Source of the DNA: Thermoplasmata archaeon
GTDB taxonomy: Archaea > Thermoplasmatota > SW-10-69-26 > JACQPN01 > JAJPHT01
Direction: 5' to 3'
Assembly: GCA_034667685.1 (NCBI GenBank)
Contig: JAXDQU010000034.1
Location: 31,022-95,021 of the forward strand
Length of the DNA: 64,000 bases
Within the stretch, counting starts at the first letter, position 1, and every line of letters begins with the position of its first letter. The notes beneath the pieces are model-generated. The model saw only the letters and a list, made by a program, of their open reading frames with translations. It did not search any database and was not told the DNA's origin. The position numbers were made by a program, and so were the translations under genes. Of this stretch, positions 9,178 to 19,708 are shown in pieces.

Positions 9178-10080
9178 TCAAGGATCGTGGCTGGATAGGA
9201 TATCCTGGATGCGGCGGAGAAACGCCTCCGGCGCGTCCTCCTGCCAGAAGTGGCCCGCGTCGGGCGCCACGTGCTCGACGCTCTCCACGGCGAGGCCGCT
9301 CTCGCGCCAGCGCTCGGCCAGGCGCGGCGGCATCACGGGATCGCGGTCGGCCCAGAGCACGTGCACCGGCGCGTGGGAGAGGAGCGGGAAGCGCGCCTCG
9401 GCCTCGCGCAGCGTCGCCGCCTCGGGGTGGTCGGGCCCGTCGGGCACCATCTGCACGAAGCGCGCCGCCGCGACGCGCCCGCCTTTTTCGCGCATGGGCC
9501 AGGCGTAGGCGCGGCGAGCCTCGCGCGAGAGCGGCCTGCGCACGCCGCCGCGCATCGCGGTCGCGCGCACGAGGTCGAGCCGCACGCCCAATTGATAGCC
9601 CAGGGGCGAGGCGAAGAGCGCGTGCCAGCGCGTGAACGCGCGCTTGCGTTTGGGCGCGAAGGCCACCGTGTTGCAGACGAGGATGCGCTTCACGCGCTGC
9701 GGCTCGCGCGTCGCCCACGTCATGCCGATGGGCCCGCCCCAGTCGTGGAGCACGAGCGTCGCGTCGCGCACGTCGAGCGCCGCGAGGACCGCGCGCAGGT
9801 TCTCCGCGTGGCGCTCCAGCGAGTAGTAGCGCGGGTCGGTGGGCTTCTCCGAGAGGCCGAAGCCGGCGTGGTCGAGCACGACGACGCGGTGCCCCGCCGC
9901 CACGAGCGGCCCCACGAGCTTGCGGTAGAGGTAGCTCCACGTCGGGTTGCCGTGCAACAGCACGAGGGGCGCCGCGTCGCGCGGGCCCGCGTCGACGACC
10001 GAGAGCCGCACGCCCTCGACGGTGATATCACGGCGCGGCCAGGGCATCGCGGCGGCGATCTCCGGCGGGAGCTTGCGCAT
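9178..10080 (-). CDS. Alpha/beta hydrolase, haloalkane dehalogenase/OleB-like
   Basis: LLHGNPTWSYLYR, GFGLSEKP, HDWGG nucleophile motif, AGHFWQED. Confidence 0.88.
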   Translation of the reverse strand: MRKLPPEIAAAMPWPRRDITVEGVRLSVVDAGPRDAAPLVLLHGNPTWSYLYRKLVGPLVAAGHRVVVLDHAGFGLSEKPTDPRYYSLERHAENLRAVLAALDVRDATLVLHDWGGPIGMTWATREPQRVKRILVCNTVAFAPKRKRAFTRWHALFASPLGYQLGVRLDLVRATAMRGGVRRPLSREARRAYAWPMREKGGRVAAARFVQMVPDGPDHPEAATLREAEARFPLLSHAPVHVLWADRDPVMPPRLAERWRESGLAVESVEHVAPDAGHFWQEDAPEAFLRRIQDILSSHDP

Positions 10081-10161
10081 GCGCGTCCAACCGGCGCCTC
10101 GCAGAACCATGTTTCGGATCGGCGCTCCGGCTGGGGCTCCGCCCCAGCGTGGAGCGAGCGC

Positions 10162-10614
10162 CTACTGCACGTGCTGGGCGACGTCGTCGACCTCGCGGTC
10201 GCAGTAGCCGCAGCGCAGCTTGACCGGGTCGCGCGCGACGATGAGGAACTGCGCGCGCACCGGCTCGTGGTTCGTCACGCAGTTGGGGTTCGGGCACTTG
10301 ACGAGCCCGCTGACCTTCTCGGGCAGCTCGACGCGGTCCTTGCGCGCCACCTCATACTCGCGGATGATGTTGATCGTCGCGTTGGGCGCGATGAGCGCGA
10401 TCTTGTTGACCTCGTTCGCGTCCAGCTCGCGGTCCTCGATCTTGAGGATGTCCTTGCGGCCGCGGCTGCTGGGGACGTTCATCGCCGCGGTAATCGTGCT
10501 CGTGCTGCCCGGGCGCGGCAGGCCCAGGATGCGCATCACGGTGACGGCGCGCCCCGCGCTGATGTGGTCGATGACGGTGCCGTTGCGGATCGGCTGCACC
10601 TTCAATTCCTGCAC
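10162..10614 (-). CDS. pyrI: Aspartate carbamoyltransferase regulatory subunit
   Basis: IRNGTVIDHI, KDILKIE, CPNPNCVT, CGYC. Confidence 0.96.
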   Translation of the reverse strand: MQELKVQPIRNGTVIDHISAGRAVTVMRILGLPRPGSTSTITAAMNVPSSRGRKDILKIEDRELDANEVNKIALIAPNATINIIREYEVARKDRVELPEKVSGLVKCPNPNCVTNHEPVRAQFLIVARDPVKLRCGYCDREVDDVAQHVQ

Positions 10615-11550
10615 TCACGCCACCCCCTTGAGGCCGAGGACTTCCGCCAGGAGCGCCATGCGCACCGGCACGCCGAACGCGGCCTGCTCGAAGTACTTCG
10701 CCGCGGGCGTGTCGTCCACGGCCGGGTCGATCTCGCCCACGCGCGGGAGCGGGTGCATCACGACGATGCCCTTCTTGCCCTCCGCGAGCAGGTTGGGCGT
10801 TACGCGCAGCACGCCGCTGACCTTGCGGTACTCGTCCACGTCGGGGAAGCGCTCCTTCTGGATGCGCGTCATGTAGAGCACGTCCGTCTCGCCGATGACC
10901 TCCTCCAGGCGCGAGGCGAGCTTGTAGCGCGCACCCGCCGCGTCGAGCATCTGGCGCATGTCGTGCGGGATCTGCAGGCTCTCGGGCGCGACGAAGTTCA
11001 TCTCGACGCCGTACATCGCCAGCGCCTGCGCGAGCGAGTGCACCGTCCGGCCATACTTCAGGTCGCCCGCGATCGTCACCGTGTTGGGCCGGATCTCGCC
11101 CTTCGCCTTGCGGATCGTGAAGAGGTCCGTGAGCGTCTGCGTCGGGTGCTGCCCCGCGCCGTCGCCCGCATTGATCACCGGCACGCGCGAGTAGCGCGCC
11201 GCGAGCCGGGCCGCCCCCTCGCGCGGGTGGCGCAGCACCACGAGGTCGCTGTACGAGGCCACCATGCGGATCGTGTCCGCCAGCGTCTCGCCCTTCGTCG
11301 CGCTCGTGCTGCCCGGCTCCGCCACGCTGATGACGCTGCCGCCCAGGCGGTGCATCGCGCTCTCGAAGGAGAGCCGGGTCCGCGTCGAGGGCTCGAAGAA
11401 GAGCGTCGCCAGGATGCGCCCGCGCGCCGCGTCGAGGACGCGCTCGCCGCGCGAGGCGGGAAGGAGCCGCTCGGCCGCGTCGAGCACCCGGTCCATGTCG
11501 GCGACGGTCATGTCTCCGATGTGGGAGAGGTGGCGACCCTGGAAGCTCAT
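10615..11550 (-). CDS. pyrB: Aspartate carbamoyltransferase catalytic subunit
   Basis: FFEPSTRTRLSF, HPTQ, GDLKYGRTVHSL, MHPLPR. Confidence 0.97.
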   Translation of the reverse strand: MSFQGRHLSHIGDMTVADMDRVLDAAERLLPASRGERVLDAARGRILATLFFEPSTRTRLSFESAMHRLGGSVISVAEPGSTSATKGETLADTIRMVASYSDLVVLRHPREGAARLAARYSRVPVINAGDGAGQHPTQTLTDLFTIRKAKGEIRPNTVTIAGDLKYGRTVHSLAQALAMYGVEMNFVAPESLQIPHDMRQMLDAAGARYKLASRLEEVIGETDVLYMTRIQKERFPDVDEYRKVSGVLRVTPNLLAEGKKGIVVMHPLPRVGEIDPAVDDTPAAKYFEQAAFGVPVRMALLAEVLGLKGVA

Positions 11551-11572
11551 GGGGCGGCGAACCGGTGGACGC

Positions 11573-11586
11573 GATAAAGGCTTTGC
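11573..11586 (-). promoter_or_regulatory. Probable archaeal BRE/TATA box for pyrBI
   Basis: Minus strand reads caaagcctttatc about 25 nt upstream of the pyrB ATG, consistent with a leaderless transcript. Confidence 0.5.
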
Positions 11587-11595
11587 CAGGCGGGA

Positions 11596-11856
11596 TCACG
11601 GCGCGCAGGGATAGGCGCTGTCCAGGACGCGCAGCGTGCACGTGGGACCCGCGACCCCGTCGCCGCCGCGGTAGTAGACGACCTCGCCCGTGGGGCCCGC
11701 GCACGCGACGGTGGTGAACCAGTCGTCCACGCCGGTCGTCTGGCTGGCCGTGCAGGGTCCGATCGAGACGCCGTGCCCGGGGTCGAAGGCGGAGGCGAAG
11801 GGCGCGACGAGGACGAGGACAAAGGCGAGGAAGAGGGCGAGGGAGCTGCCGCGCAT
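11596..11856 (-). CDS. Small secreted Cys-containing peptide (4 Cys)
   Basis: Signal peptide MRGSSLALFLAFVLVLVAPFASA; 4 Cys, ends YPCAP. Confidence 0.7.
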   Translation of the reverse strand: MRGSSLALFLAFVLVLVAPFASAFDPGHGVSIGPCTASQTTGVDDWFTTVACAGPTGEVVYYRGGDGVAGPTCTLRVLDSAYPCAP

Positions 11857-11910
11857 CGCCGCGCGAGCGCGGGCCGGGCGCATCCGGCTTGCTGCCGCGC
11901 AACGCGCGGG

Positions 11911-12288
11911 CTACGCCGTGGGACCCGGACGCTCGCGCAGCTCGATGCGGTTGCCCCACGGATCCTGCGCGTAGAACCCGCGCGTGCCGACCTCGTGGGG
12001 CGCGTCGTAGTGCCGGAAGCGCGCCTTGTCCAGCGCCATGCGGATCGTCTCCGCCTTGTCCACGCGGAAGCGCGCCGACGGAGGCGGGTTGAGCACGGCG
12101 CGGAACCCCTCCTGCGGCAGGACCTTGAACAGGCCCTCCGCGGTCTGGAACCAGATCCCCTTCTCGCCGGGCGGCTTCATCGTCTCCTTCAGGCCGAGCA
12201 TTTGCCCGTAGAAGCGCCGCGCCTCCGCCTCGCCCCCGGGCGGCATGAGCACGGACTCGCCCATCTCCTTCGCGAGCACGCGGGGCAT
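11911..12288 (-). CDS. VOC/glyoxalase family protein
   Basis: EAEARRFYGQMLGL, GIWF, FYAQDPWGNRIEL. Confidence 0.85.
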   Translation of the reverse strand: MPRVLAKEMGESVLMPPGGEAEARRFYGQMLGLKETMKPPGEKGIWFQTAEGLFKVLPQEGFRAVLNPPPSARFRVDKAETIRMALDKARFRHYDAPHEVGTRGFYAQDPWGNRIELRERPGPTA

Positions 12289-12319
12289 CGCGCCGCGCAA
12301 CGCCGCATGCGCGGATGAA

Positions 12320-12382
12320 GGGCTCGGGGCTCTGGACTCAAGGCTCAGGGCTCCGGAGCCCGGAGTCCAGAGCCCCGAGCCC
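12320..12382. repeat. Palindromic tandem-repeat element (7-mer GGGCTCN)
   Basis: gggctcggggctctggactc ... gagtccagagccccgagccc, a 20-bp perfect inverted repeat. Confidence 0.88.
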
Positions 12383-12440
12383 CGCCGTTCGGAGGTCCGT
12401 CGCAGAACGCTCATGCGCAGGAACGGGGTCACGAAGCCCG

Positions 12441-13103
12441 ATGGCCCTGCTCGCGGCGCTGGCCGACTGGAGCCTCCAGGTCATGGCGAGCCTCGGCTAC
12501 GTCGGGCTCTTCCTCCTCATGACCGCGGAGAGCATGGTGCTCCCCGTCCCCAGCGAGGCCGTGCTCCCGTTCGCAGGCGCGCTCGCGGCGCGCGGCGAGA
12601 TGAGCCTTCTGCTGGCCTTCCTCGTCGCGCTGGCCGGCACCCTCGCGGGCTCGCTCCTCTCGTACGGCATGGGCGCGTGGGGCGTGCGCCCGCTGCTGGA
12701 GCGCTACGGCAAGTACGTCCTCGTCACGCCGCACCACATCGAGACGACGCACCGCTTCTTCGAGCGGAAGGGGGGCGCGTGGACGCTCTTCCTCGCGCGC
12801 TTCGTCCCCGTCGTGCGCCACCTCATCAGCATCCCCGCCGGCAGCGCGCGCATGCCCCTGGGCCGCTTCGTCCTCGCCACCGCGCTGGGCGGCGGCCTCT
12901 GGGACGCCTTCCTGCTCTACGTGGGCTATCTCCTCGGCAAGAACTGGGAGACCGTGACCGCGCTCGTGGACCAATGGAAGTGGGCGATCCTCGGCGCCGC
13001 CGTGATCGCGGCCGCCATCGCGGCGTGGATCGCGTGGCAGCGGCGCAAGCGCAACGGGACCGCGACCTCCTCGGGCGAGACCGGCCTCGCCCCCGGCCGG
13101 TGA
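12441..13103 (+). CDS. DedA-family membrane protein
   Basis: AESMVLPVPSE, ARFVPVVRHLISIPAG. Confidence 0.93.
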   Translation: MALLAALADWSLQVMASLGYVGLFLLMTAESMVLPVPSEAVLPFAGALAARGEMSLLLAFLVALAGTLAGSLLSYGMGAWGVRPLLERYGKYVLVTPHHIETTHRFFERKGGAWTLFLARFVPVVRHLISIPAGSARMPLGRFVLATALGGGLWDAFLLYVGYLLGKNWETVTALVDQWKWAILGAAVIAAAIAAWIAWQRRKRNGTATSSGETGLAPGR

Positions 13104-13105
13104 GG

Positions 13106-14635
13106 CTACCGCCACGCGACGGCGTAGCGCGCGAGCCGCTCCAGGTTGCTCCGATGGGCGCGGAGGCGACGGCTCCACGCCGCGCCCGCGCCCGCGCCGG
13201 CGACCACCGACGCCGCGAGGGCGCCGGGCGCCGCGGCGGGGTCGAGCCAGAAGAGCGAGAGCGCGCCCACCGCGCCCGCAGCCAGGAGCGCGCCCGGCAC
13301 GAAGCGCTTCGCCAGGAGGAACGGAAGCCCGGGGACGAACGAGAGAAGCTGCACCTTCGCGGGCGCGTCGAGCGCGGCGGACGAGGGCGCGAGGTGGTCG
13401 GGCGCAGGGTCCCGCCGCGCGTAACAGGTCGAGCAGAGGGCGGGCCGCTCGGCCAGGGCCAGGCGCGAGGGCCACCGCCAGGCGTGGGGCGAGCACAGCG
13501 TCCTGCGGCACGTGGCGCACGCCACGCCCCTTGCCTCCCCGGACTCGGGCGCGATGAGCCCGCAGTCGTTGCAGAGATATCCGCGCCCCGATTCGAACGC
13601 CGAGACGCCCTGGGCGAATCCTTCCGACGCGCACACGCGCCACGGCCGCGCGGCGTCGTCCGCGAAGTCGACGCGGTACGCGCGCGGGCCGATCTGGAGC
13701 CGGAGCCTGCGGCGGTAGAGCAGCACCTGCTTGGCGGAGGTCTGGACGTCGGCCGGGCGGACCTCGCAGAGCTTGGTGTAGCTCACGTTGTTGCGGCCGC
13801 TGTAGCTGACCTCGCGGGTGAGGCGGGACGCGACGCCCGCCGCCACCTGAGCCTGATATCGTTCCAGGGGCACGCCGAAGTAGGCGGCCGGGGCGCGCCC
13901 CTCCACCAGCGCGTGCTCGACCCGATGCGTGGCGCTCGTCTGCCAGTGCTCGCGCTCGGCGTCGGCCAGGTGTCCCTGCACGGGGACCAGGACGCGCCCG
14001 CGCTCGCTCGCGGTGTAGAGGTGGCCCACCGTCGTCTCGAAGCTCCGCTCCACCTCGTAGTCCACGGCCACCACCGGGATGACCTCAAGGGCATTCTCGT
14101 GGAGCTCGGCCGCGGCGAGGGCGGTGCGCGGGTGGCCTTTCAAGGGCGCCAGGTGGCGGGTGCCCAGCGTGGCGCGCGCCGTCTCGTCGTCCCGGCAGGG
14201 CACGTGGAACGTGAGCCCGGTCCCCTGGCGGCCCAGCGTGAGGAACACGCCCGCCTCGCGGGCCATCTGCACCAGGCGCGCGAAGTCCACGAGCTGGAGG
14301 CGAGGTCCCGTCCGCGCGTTGACCTCGGCGGCGTAGGCTTCCGCGGCCTCCGAGAAGCGGCTCGTCGTGACCAGCAGCGCCTCCGTCGCGCCAGGATAGG
14401 TGAGCGCGGCGCTGTGGAGCTTCTGCACCGTGGGGCGGCCGACGCTCGCCTCCATGTGCTTGCACTCGACCACGACGATGCTTGGCCCGCGGCGCAGGAC
14501 GAGGTCGCGCCCCTCGTCGTGGGAGCCCTTCCCCTGCGTCACGTGATAGCCGAGGCGCTGGAAGATGCGGCCCATGACGTGCTCGAAGCGGCGGCCATCG
14601 AGCGCGTCGAGGTCGTAGACGATCTCCTCGCCCAC
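13106..14635 (-). CDS. Mrr-catalytic-domain restriction endonuclease-like protein with Zn finger and C-terminal TMs
   Basis: FEHVMGRIF, DEGRDL, VVECK, VTTSRFS; CNDC, CATC, C..H, CSTC; hydrophobic C-terminus. Confidence 0.85.
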   Translation of the reverse strand: MGEEIVYDLDALDGRRFEHVMGRIFQRLGYHVTQGKGSHDEGRDLVLRRGPSIVVVECKHMEASVGRPTVQKLHSAALTYPGATEALLVTTSRFSEAAEAYAAEVNARTGPRLQLVDFARLVQMAREAGVFLTLGRQGTGLTFHVPCRDDETARATLGTRHLAPLKGHPRTALAAAELHENALEVIPVVAVDYEVERSFETTVGHLYTASERGRVLVPVQGHLADAEREHWQTSATHRVEHALVEGRAPAAYFGVPLERYQAQVAAGVASRLTREVSYSGRNNVSYTKLCEVRPADVQTSAKQVLLYRRRLRLQIGPRAYRVDFADDAARPWRVCASEGFAQGVSAFESGRGYLCNDCGLIAPESGEARGVACATCRRTLCSPHAWRWPSRLALAERPALCSTCYARRDPAPDHLAPSSAALDAPAKVQLLSFVPGLPFLLAKRFVPGALLAAGAVGALSLFWLDPAAAPGALAASVVAGAGAGAAWSRRLRAHRSNLERLARYAVAWR

Positions 14636-14706
14636 GCTGCGCGAAGGATCGGTGGAGGGAGATAAGAGTTAGCGTAACGGCCCAGGCGCGGCCGGGCCTG
14701 ACCGGC

Positions 14707-15144
14707 TCAGCCGCGGTTCCTGATCGCGATGACCTCGACGATCTTCACCGCGAGCGCGTCGTCGACGCCGAGGCTCTTCTGGATGCGCTCCAGGAAGGTC
14801 TTCTCCTGCGCGGCGACCTCGCCGTCGGCCATGATGAGGTCGGCGGCCATCGCGAAGGCCGTCGGCTTCAGGTTCGGCGTGACGGCGGCGCTGCTCATGT
14901 CCATGACCTTGCCCAGGCCGTCGCTGCGCGCCGTGCGGACGAGCTTCTCGAACATCTTGTTGATGTCGCGGTTGCTCATGCCGCCGTAGAGCTTCATGCG
15001 GCCCAGCGTGGTGGCGAGGCCGGCGGCCTCCTCCTCGGTGATGACGCCGTCGGCCGCGATGGCGCAGAGCGCGATGCCGGCGAAGCCCTCGGCCTCGGTG
15101 AGCTTGTCGGTGGTGCTGCCCAGGACCTTGTCGAAGAGACCCAT
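14707..15144 (-). CDS. Tellurite-resistance TerB-family protein
   Basis: AIAADGVITEEE and ADLIMADGEVAAQE. Confidence 0.88.
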   Translation of the reverse strand: MGLFDKVLGSTTDKLTEAEGFAGIALCAIAADGVITEEEAAGLATTLGRMKLYGGMSNRDINKMFEKLVRTARSDGLGKVMDMSSAAVTPNLKPTAFAMAADLIMADGEVAAQEKTFLERIQKSLGVDDALAVKIVEVIAIRNRG

Positions 15145-15248
15145 GGGCGGGCCGAAGCCGGCGGTCCCGTTTGGGTTTTTCGCCCACCCCCTGCGCGGGC
15201 GGGAACCTATTTGGTCGCGTCCGCTTGGTGGCCTGCGGAGGCGGGGCG

Positions 15249-16649
15249 GTGCGCGCGGACGGATTCCTGGTCCTGGTCGTGCTGCTGGCGGGCTGCCTGG
15301 GGGCGCCGGGGGCGGAGGTGCGGCCGGCGGCGAACGAGCTGCCCTCGCTGGGTTGCGCGGCGTCGTGCCGGATCGCCATCGACACGACGGCGGGCAGCGG
15401 CTGGGAGCCGCACGTGGCGGTGGACCCGCGCGATCCCTTGCACGTGGTCGTGGCGACGCGCACGCAGGGGTCGGGCGACCTTCCGGGGACGTTCATGCTC
15501 TGGTTCGACCTGCACGTGACGCGGGACGGCGGCCGCACGTGGAACGTGACGTCGCTGCGTTACACGCGCCCGTTGGGCAGCAGCGCGGACCCGGACGCGC
15601 CCAACGTCGTGGGCGATCCGGTGCTGGCGTTCCTGCCGGACGGCACGCTCCTGGCGACGGGGGCGACGCTCCAGTACGTGGGCGTGACCCCGGGCGTCAT
15701 CCGCGACGTGCGGCTCTACGTGGCCCGCTCCACCGATGGGGGCGACCGCTTCGACGAGCCCGTCACGATCGCGCGAAGCGAGGGGTTCGCGGTCGCGGCC
15801 GCGGTCCCGGGCGCGCCGGTCCCGCCCGCCGAAGTCGACGCGCTGCTGAGGATGCCCGACAAGCCGTGGCTCACCGCGGGCCCGGATGGCACGGCGCTTC
15901 TCACGTGGACGAGCTTCGTGATCCATCCGGCGGACGATCCGACGGCCTCGCGCGGGGACATCCTCTACGCCGCGTCGCGCGACGGGGGCCGGACGTGGAG
16001 CGAGCCGGGCCTCGTCGCGCGGGGCGGCAGCCTCCAGGGCTCCTCGTCCGGCATCGGGCAGGACGGCGCGTGGTACGTCGCCTACGACGACACCGCGGCG
16101 CGGATGACGCACGTCGCGGCCTCGCGCGACCAGGGCGCCACGTGGCGCGACCGCGCGGTGGCGCCCGACGCGTGGATGCCCTCGCTCGCGGTCGCGCGCG
16201 GCGCGGCGCACGATCGCCTCTTCCTCGCGACGGGCGCGCCGGCGGGCGCGGGGCAGCAGGACGCGATCCCCCAGGTCCCGACGCTGCGCTGGTCGGATGA
16301 CGAAGGCGCGACGTGGAGCGACCCGGTGGCGCTCGACGCGCCCGAGGCGCCCGGACGCGTGCTCCCCTCCGTCGCGGCGGACGCGCGCGGCGTGGCCTAC
16401 GTGACCTTCGCGCACGCCCGGGGGCAGGGCGCCTCGGCCACGAGCGAATTCCGCGCCGTCGCCCTCGCGCCCGGCCGATGGCGCGCCGACGCGCTCCTCG
16501 ATCCCAGCATCGCGGCGCCCACGTCGGGCCTGGGCGATTATCTCGGGCTCGCCCCCGCCCCCACGGGCGCCTTCGCGGTGTGGACGGCCACGAACGGCAA
16601 GTCGTTCGACACGGTGGGCGCCATGCTCCAGGCGAACGCGCCGGGCTGA
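15249..16649 (+). CDS. Lipoprotein with BNR/Asp-box repeats (sialidase-like propeller)
   Basis: Lipobox LLAGC; TRDGGRTW, STDGGDRF, SRDGGRTW, SRDQGATW, SDDEGATW; GDY. Confidence 0.85.
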   Translation: MRADGFLVLVVLLAGCLGAPGAEVRPAANELPSLGCAASCRIAIDTTAGSGWEPHVAVDPRDPLHVVVATRTQGSGDLPGTFMLWFDLHVTRDGGRTWNVTSLRYTRPLGSSADPDAPNVVGDPVLAFLPDGTLLATGATLQYVGVTPGVIRDVRLYVARSTDGGDRFDEPVTIARSEGFAVAAAVPGAPVPPAEVDALLRMPDKPWLTAGPDGTALLTWTSFVIHPADDPTASRGDILYAASRDGGRTWSEPGLVARGGSLQGSSSGIGQDGAWYVAYDDTAARMTHVAASRDQGATWRDRAVAPDAWMPSLAVARGAAHDRLFLATGAPAGAGQQDAIPQVPTLRWSDDEGATWSDPVALDAPEAPGRVLPSVAADARGVAYVTFAHARGQGASATSEFRAVALAPGRWRADALLDPSIAAPTSGLGDYLGLAPAPTGAFAVWTATNGKSFDTVGAMLQANAPG

Positions 16650-16757
16650 AGGCATGTACCTGCCGAGGGGCGGGCTTATGTTGGAGTAACGCGATGGAGC
16701 GCGGGGCGTCTCATCGCGCGGGGAATCTCATCCCGCGTCCTGGGGCTCCCGACTAAC

Positions 16758-18413
16758 ATGATCAGGGAGGTTGGCGAGATGTCGTCGGATTTTGGATCAG
16801 ATCGGCACGTGGGCGTCGTGGTCGTCGGGCTTGCTCTCCTGCTGCCCTCGCTTTTCGTGGCCGGCCCGGCCGCGGCGGACTCGGTGAGGGACCGCGGGGT
16901 GGTCTTCCCCGCGGGGTGCGGGCCCGGCTACGGGAGCGTCGTCTGGGACGGCCATGAGGCGTACGTGTTCTGCGGGACGAGCACCCAGATCGTGCGGTAC
17001 GATCCCGCGACGAACGCGGCCACGGTGATGGGCGCCCACATGCCCGCGGCGCGCGCCTACACGGCGGCCGTGTGGATCGGGGACAGCGCCTACATTTTCG
17101 GGGGGTTCGCGTCGGGCGTCACCACGGGCCAGGTGTTGCGCTATACGCCGGCGACGGACGCCGCGCCCGCGGTCGTGGGCGACCTGGCGTCGATGGGCTG
17201 GGGGACGCTCTATCGAGCCAGCGCGGTCACCGACGGGACCAACGCGTACCTTCTGGGCGGCGTGTACGACCAGGGATCGTGCTCGACCCGCGAGCTCGTC
17301 TTCTACCCCGCGACGAACCAGGCCTGGCAGGCCGGGACGCTCCCGTCGAGCTACTGCGGGACCAGCGCCGTGGCGGACGGCCACGGCTACGCCTTCCTCT
17401 TCGGAGGTGGCGACGGCAACGGGTTCACGAGCCAGATCGTCGAGGTCTGCCTTTGCGGGACGACGGGCCAGCCCAACGGCAACGTCGTGGGCGCGCTTCC
17501 CAGCCCCCGCGATGCCACGAGCGCCGCCTGGGACGGGACGTACGCCTACGTGTTCGGCGGCGACGTGCAGGTGGGCTCGGGATCCTCGTTCAACCCGAGC
17601 CGCGACGTGGTGCGCGTCAAGACGAACACCTTCGCGTCCATCTTGTCCGGCGACGTCGTGCGCATGAGCGCCCCGCTTCCGGCCGCCACCGACTACACGG
17701 TTGCCGTGTGGGACGGGAGCGGGGCGGACGTCTTCACCACGAGCGGGAGCGTGCTGCGCTACACGCTGGAGCCCGGCGCGCCGCAGGGCCTGGTGGCCTC
17801 GGCGGGCACGGGCTCGGTCTCGCTCCAGTGGCAGCCGCCCTCCGCCAGCTCGTACTCGTCGGCGCCCACGGGCTACCGCGTCTATCGCGGGACGCCGGGG
17901 GCGGAGGCGCTCGTCGCGGAGCTGGGCGTCGCGTCGAGCTACGTCGACTCGGGGCTCACCGACGGCCAGCGTTACTTCTATCGCGTCGCCGCCGTGAATC
18001 CCTCGGGCGAGAGCCCGTGGTCGGAGGAGGTCTCCGCCATCCCCCTGGGCGTTCCGGGCGCGCCGCGCGACCTGGCCGCGACGCCCCGAGCGCTGGCTTC
18101 CGCGCCGGGGCAGGCGCCCGCGATCCATCTCTCATGGGATCCGCCCGCGTCGGAGGGCGGCACGCCGGTGCTCGAATATCGCATCTACCGGACCGGGGGC
18201 GGCGTGGAGCGTCTCCTGGGCAGCGCGGGCGGGACCGCGACGAGCTTCGACGACGCATGGCTCCCCGACGCATCGTGGGCGCCCAACGGGGGCTACGCCT
18301 ACCGCGTCTCGGCGCGGAACGCCGTGGGCGAGGGCGATCCCTCCGCGACCGTCTCCTGCCGGCCGCAGGACGCGCTCTTCGCGCCGGTGGGCACCTGCGA
18401 CAGGCTGGTCTAG
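16758..18413 (+). CDS. Secreted Kelch-repeat protein with two fibronectin type III domains
   Basis: Signal peptide; repeated AYIFGG/AYVFGG; FN3 motifs LQWQPP..GYRVYRG..YRVAAVN..GES. Confidence 0.88.
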   Translation: MIREVGEMSSDFGSDRHVGVVVVGLALLLPSLFVAGPAAADSVRDRGVVFPAGCGPGYGSVVWDGHEAYVFCGTSTQIVRYDPATNAATVMGAHMPAARAYTAAVWIGDSAYIFGGFASGVTTGQVLRYTPATDAAPAVVGDLASMGWGTLYRASAVTDGTNAYLLGGVYDQGSCSTRELVFYPATNQAWQAGTLPSSYCGTSAVADGHGYAFLFGGGDGNGFTSQIVEVCLCGTTGQPNGNVVGALPSPRDATSAAWDGTYAYVFGGDVQVGSGSSFNPSRDVVRVKTNTFASILSGDVVRMSAPLPAATDYTVAVWDGSGADVFTTSGSVLRYTLEPGAPQGLVASAGTGSVSLQWQPPSASSYSSAPTGYRVYRGTPGAEALVAELGVASSYVDSGLTDGQRYFYRVAAVNPSGESPWSEEVSAIPLGVPGAPRDLAATPRALASAPGQAPAIHLSWDPPASEGGTPVLEYRIYRTGGGVERLLGSAGGTATSFDDAWLPDASWAPNGGYAYRVSARNAVGEGDPSATVSCRPQDALFAPVGTCDRLV

Positions 18414-18483
18414 GGCCTGTTTCATCGCCCCTCTCAACCGCCTGCGAGGTTTTCTTTCGATGTTCCGTGCGGCGCTTCGCTGA

Positions 18484-18547
18484 CCGCCAACACGCCATCA
18501 CGCCAAGACGCCAACACGCCGCGTGTTGGCGTCTTGGCGTGATGGCG
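18484..18547. repeat. Palindromic tandem-repeat element (8-mer CACGCCAA family)
   Basis: 27-bp perfect inverted repeat at 18493-18519/18521-18547; same unit family as 4919-5006. Confidence 0.92.
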
Positions 18548-18683
18548 GAACGCGAAGCCGCGGCCCAAGCAGGGCACCCCTCGCCGCGCTCGGGTGGACG
18601 TCGGCGCAACCGCGACAGAGGTCGTGAGAAAGCCTCTCGCCGCTCGCGCAGCCTACATCCGTCAGCGCGCGCTTGGGGCCGGC

Positions 18684-19676
18684 GTGCCCGTCGAGGTGCT
18701 CCATCATCCGGACTGCTTGCAGCATGCGCCGCCGGAGCCCGGCCACGTGGAGCGGCCGGACCGGCTTCGCAGCGTGGTGGAGGCGCTCGGGCACCTGCCC
18801 GACGTGACGTGGGGGACGGCCGAGGCGCTGCCGCGCGAGGCGCTGCTCGCGGCGCACGAGGAATCGCACGTGCGCCGCGTGGAGGAGGCGTGCCGCAAGG
18901 GCGCGTGGCTCGACGCCGACACGTACACCTCGCCGCACTCGTGGGACGCGGCGCTGCGCGGCGCGGGGCTGGCGGTGCACGCGGCGCGCGCGGCGGAGCA
19001 GGGGCGGGCGGCGTTCGCGCTGCCGCGGCCGCCGGGGCACCACGCGACCCGTTCGACGCCGATGGGATTCTGCCTGTTCAACAACGTGGCGCTCGCGGCG
19101 CAGGACCTGGCGTCGCGCGGCAAGCGCGTGGCGATCGTGGACCTGGACGTGCACCACGGCAACGGCACGCAAGACATCTTCTGGGAGCGCGGCGACGTGC
19201 TCTTCGTCTCGATGCACGGCTCGCCGCTGTATCCGGGGACGGGCGCGGTGGAGGAGCGGGGCGCGCACCAGGGCATCGGCGCGACGCTGAACCTCCCGGT
19301 GCCGGCGAACACGGGGCACGAAGGATGGATGGACGTGTTCGCGCGCGCGGCGCTGCCCAAGGTCCGCCACTTCGCGCCCGACGTCATCCTGGTCTCGGCG
19401 GGGTTCGACGCGCACAAGAACGACCCGATCGGGAACTGCCTGCTCGTCGCGCAGAGCTATCACGCGTGCGTGGCGGCGCTCCGCGAGGCCCAGCCGCGCA
19501 TCGCGGCGGTGCTCGAAGGCGGCTACGACCTGGAGGCGCTGGGGATGGGCGCCGCCGCGACGGCCGCCGCGCTCGCGGGGCAGCCTTGTCCCGTGACGGA
19601 GGAGGCGCCGGCGGGCGAGCGGCCGTGGGCTTCGCTGGAGGCGCGCGTGCTCGCCGCGCACCCGGACCTCGCCTAA
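18684..19676 (+). CDS. Histone deacetylase-family protein
   Basis: [42 protein letters not shown]. Confidence 0.95.
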   Translation: MPVEVLHHPDCLQHAPPEPGHVERPDRLRSVVEALGHLPDVTWGTAEALPREALLAAHEESHVRRVEEACRKGAWLDADTYTSPHSWDAALRGAGLAVHAARAAEQGRAAFALPRPPGHHATRSTPMGFCLFNNVALAAQDLASRGKRVAIVDLDVHHGNGTQDIFWERGDVLFVSMHGSPLYPGTGAVEERGAHQGIGATLNLPVPANTGHEGWMDVFARAALPKVRHFAPDVILVSAGFDAHKNDPIGNCLLVAQSYHACVAALREAQPRIAAVLEGGYDLEALGMGAAATAAALAGQPCPVTEEAPAGERPWASLEARVLAAHPDLA

Positions 19677-19708
19677 GGATTATCCCACGAGGCGAAGCTC
19701 CGCGCCGC

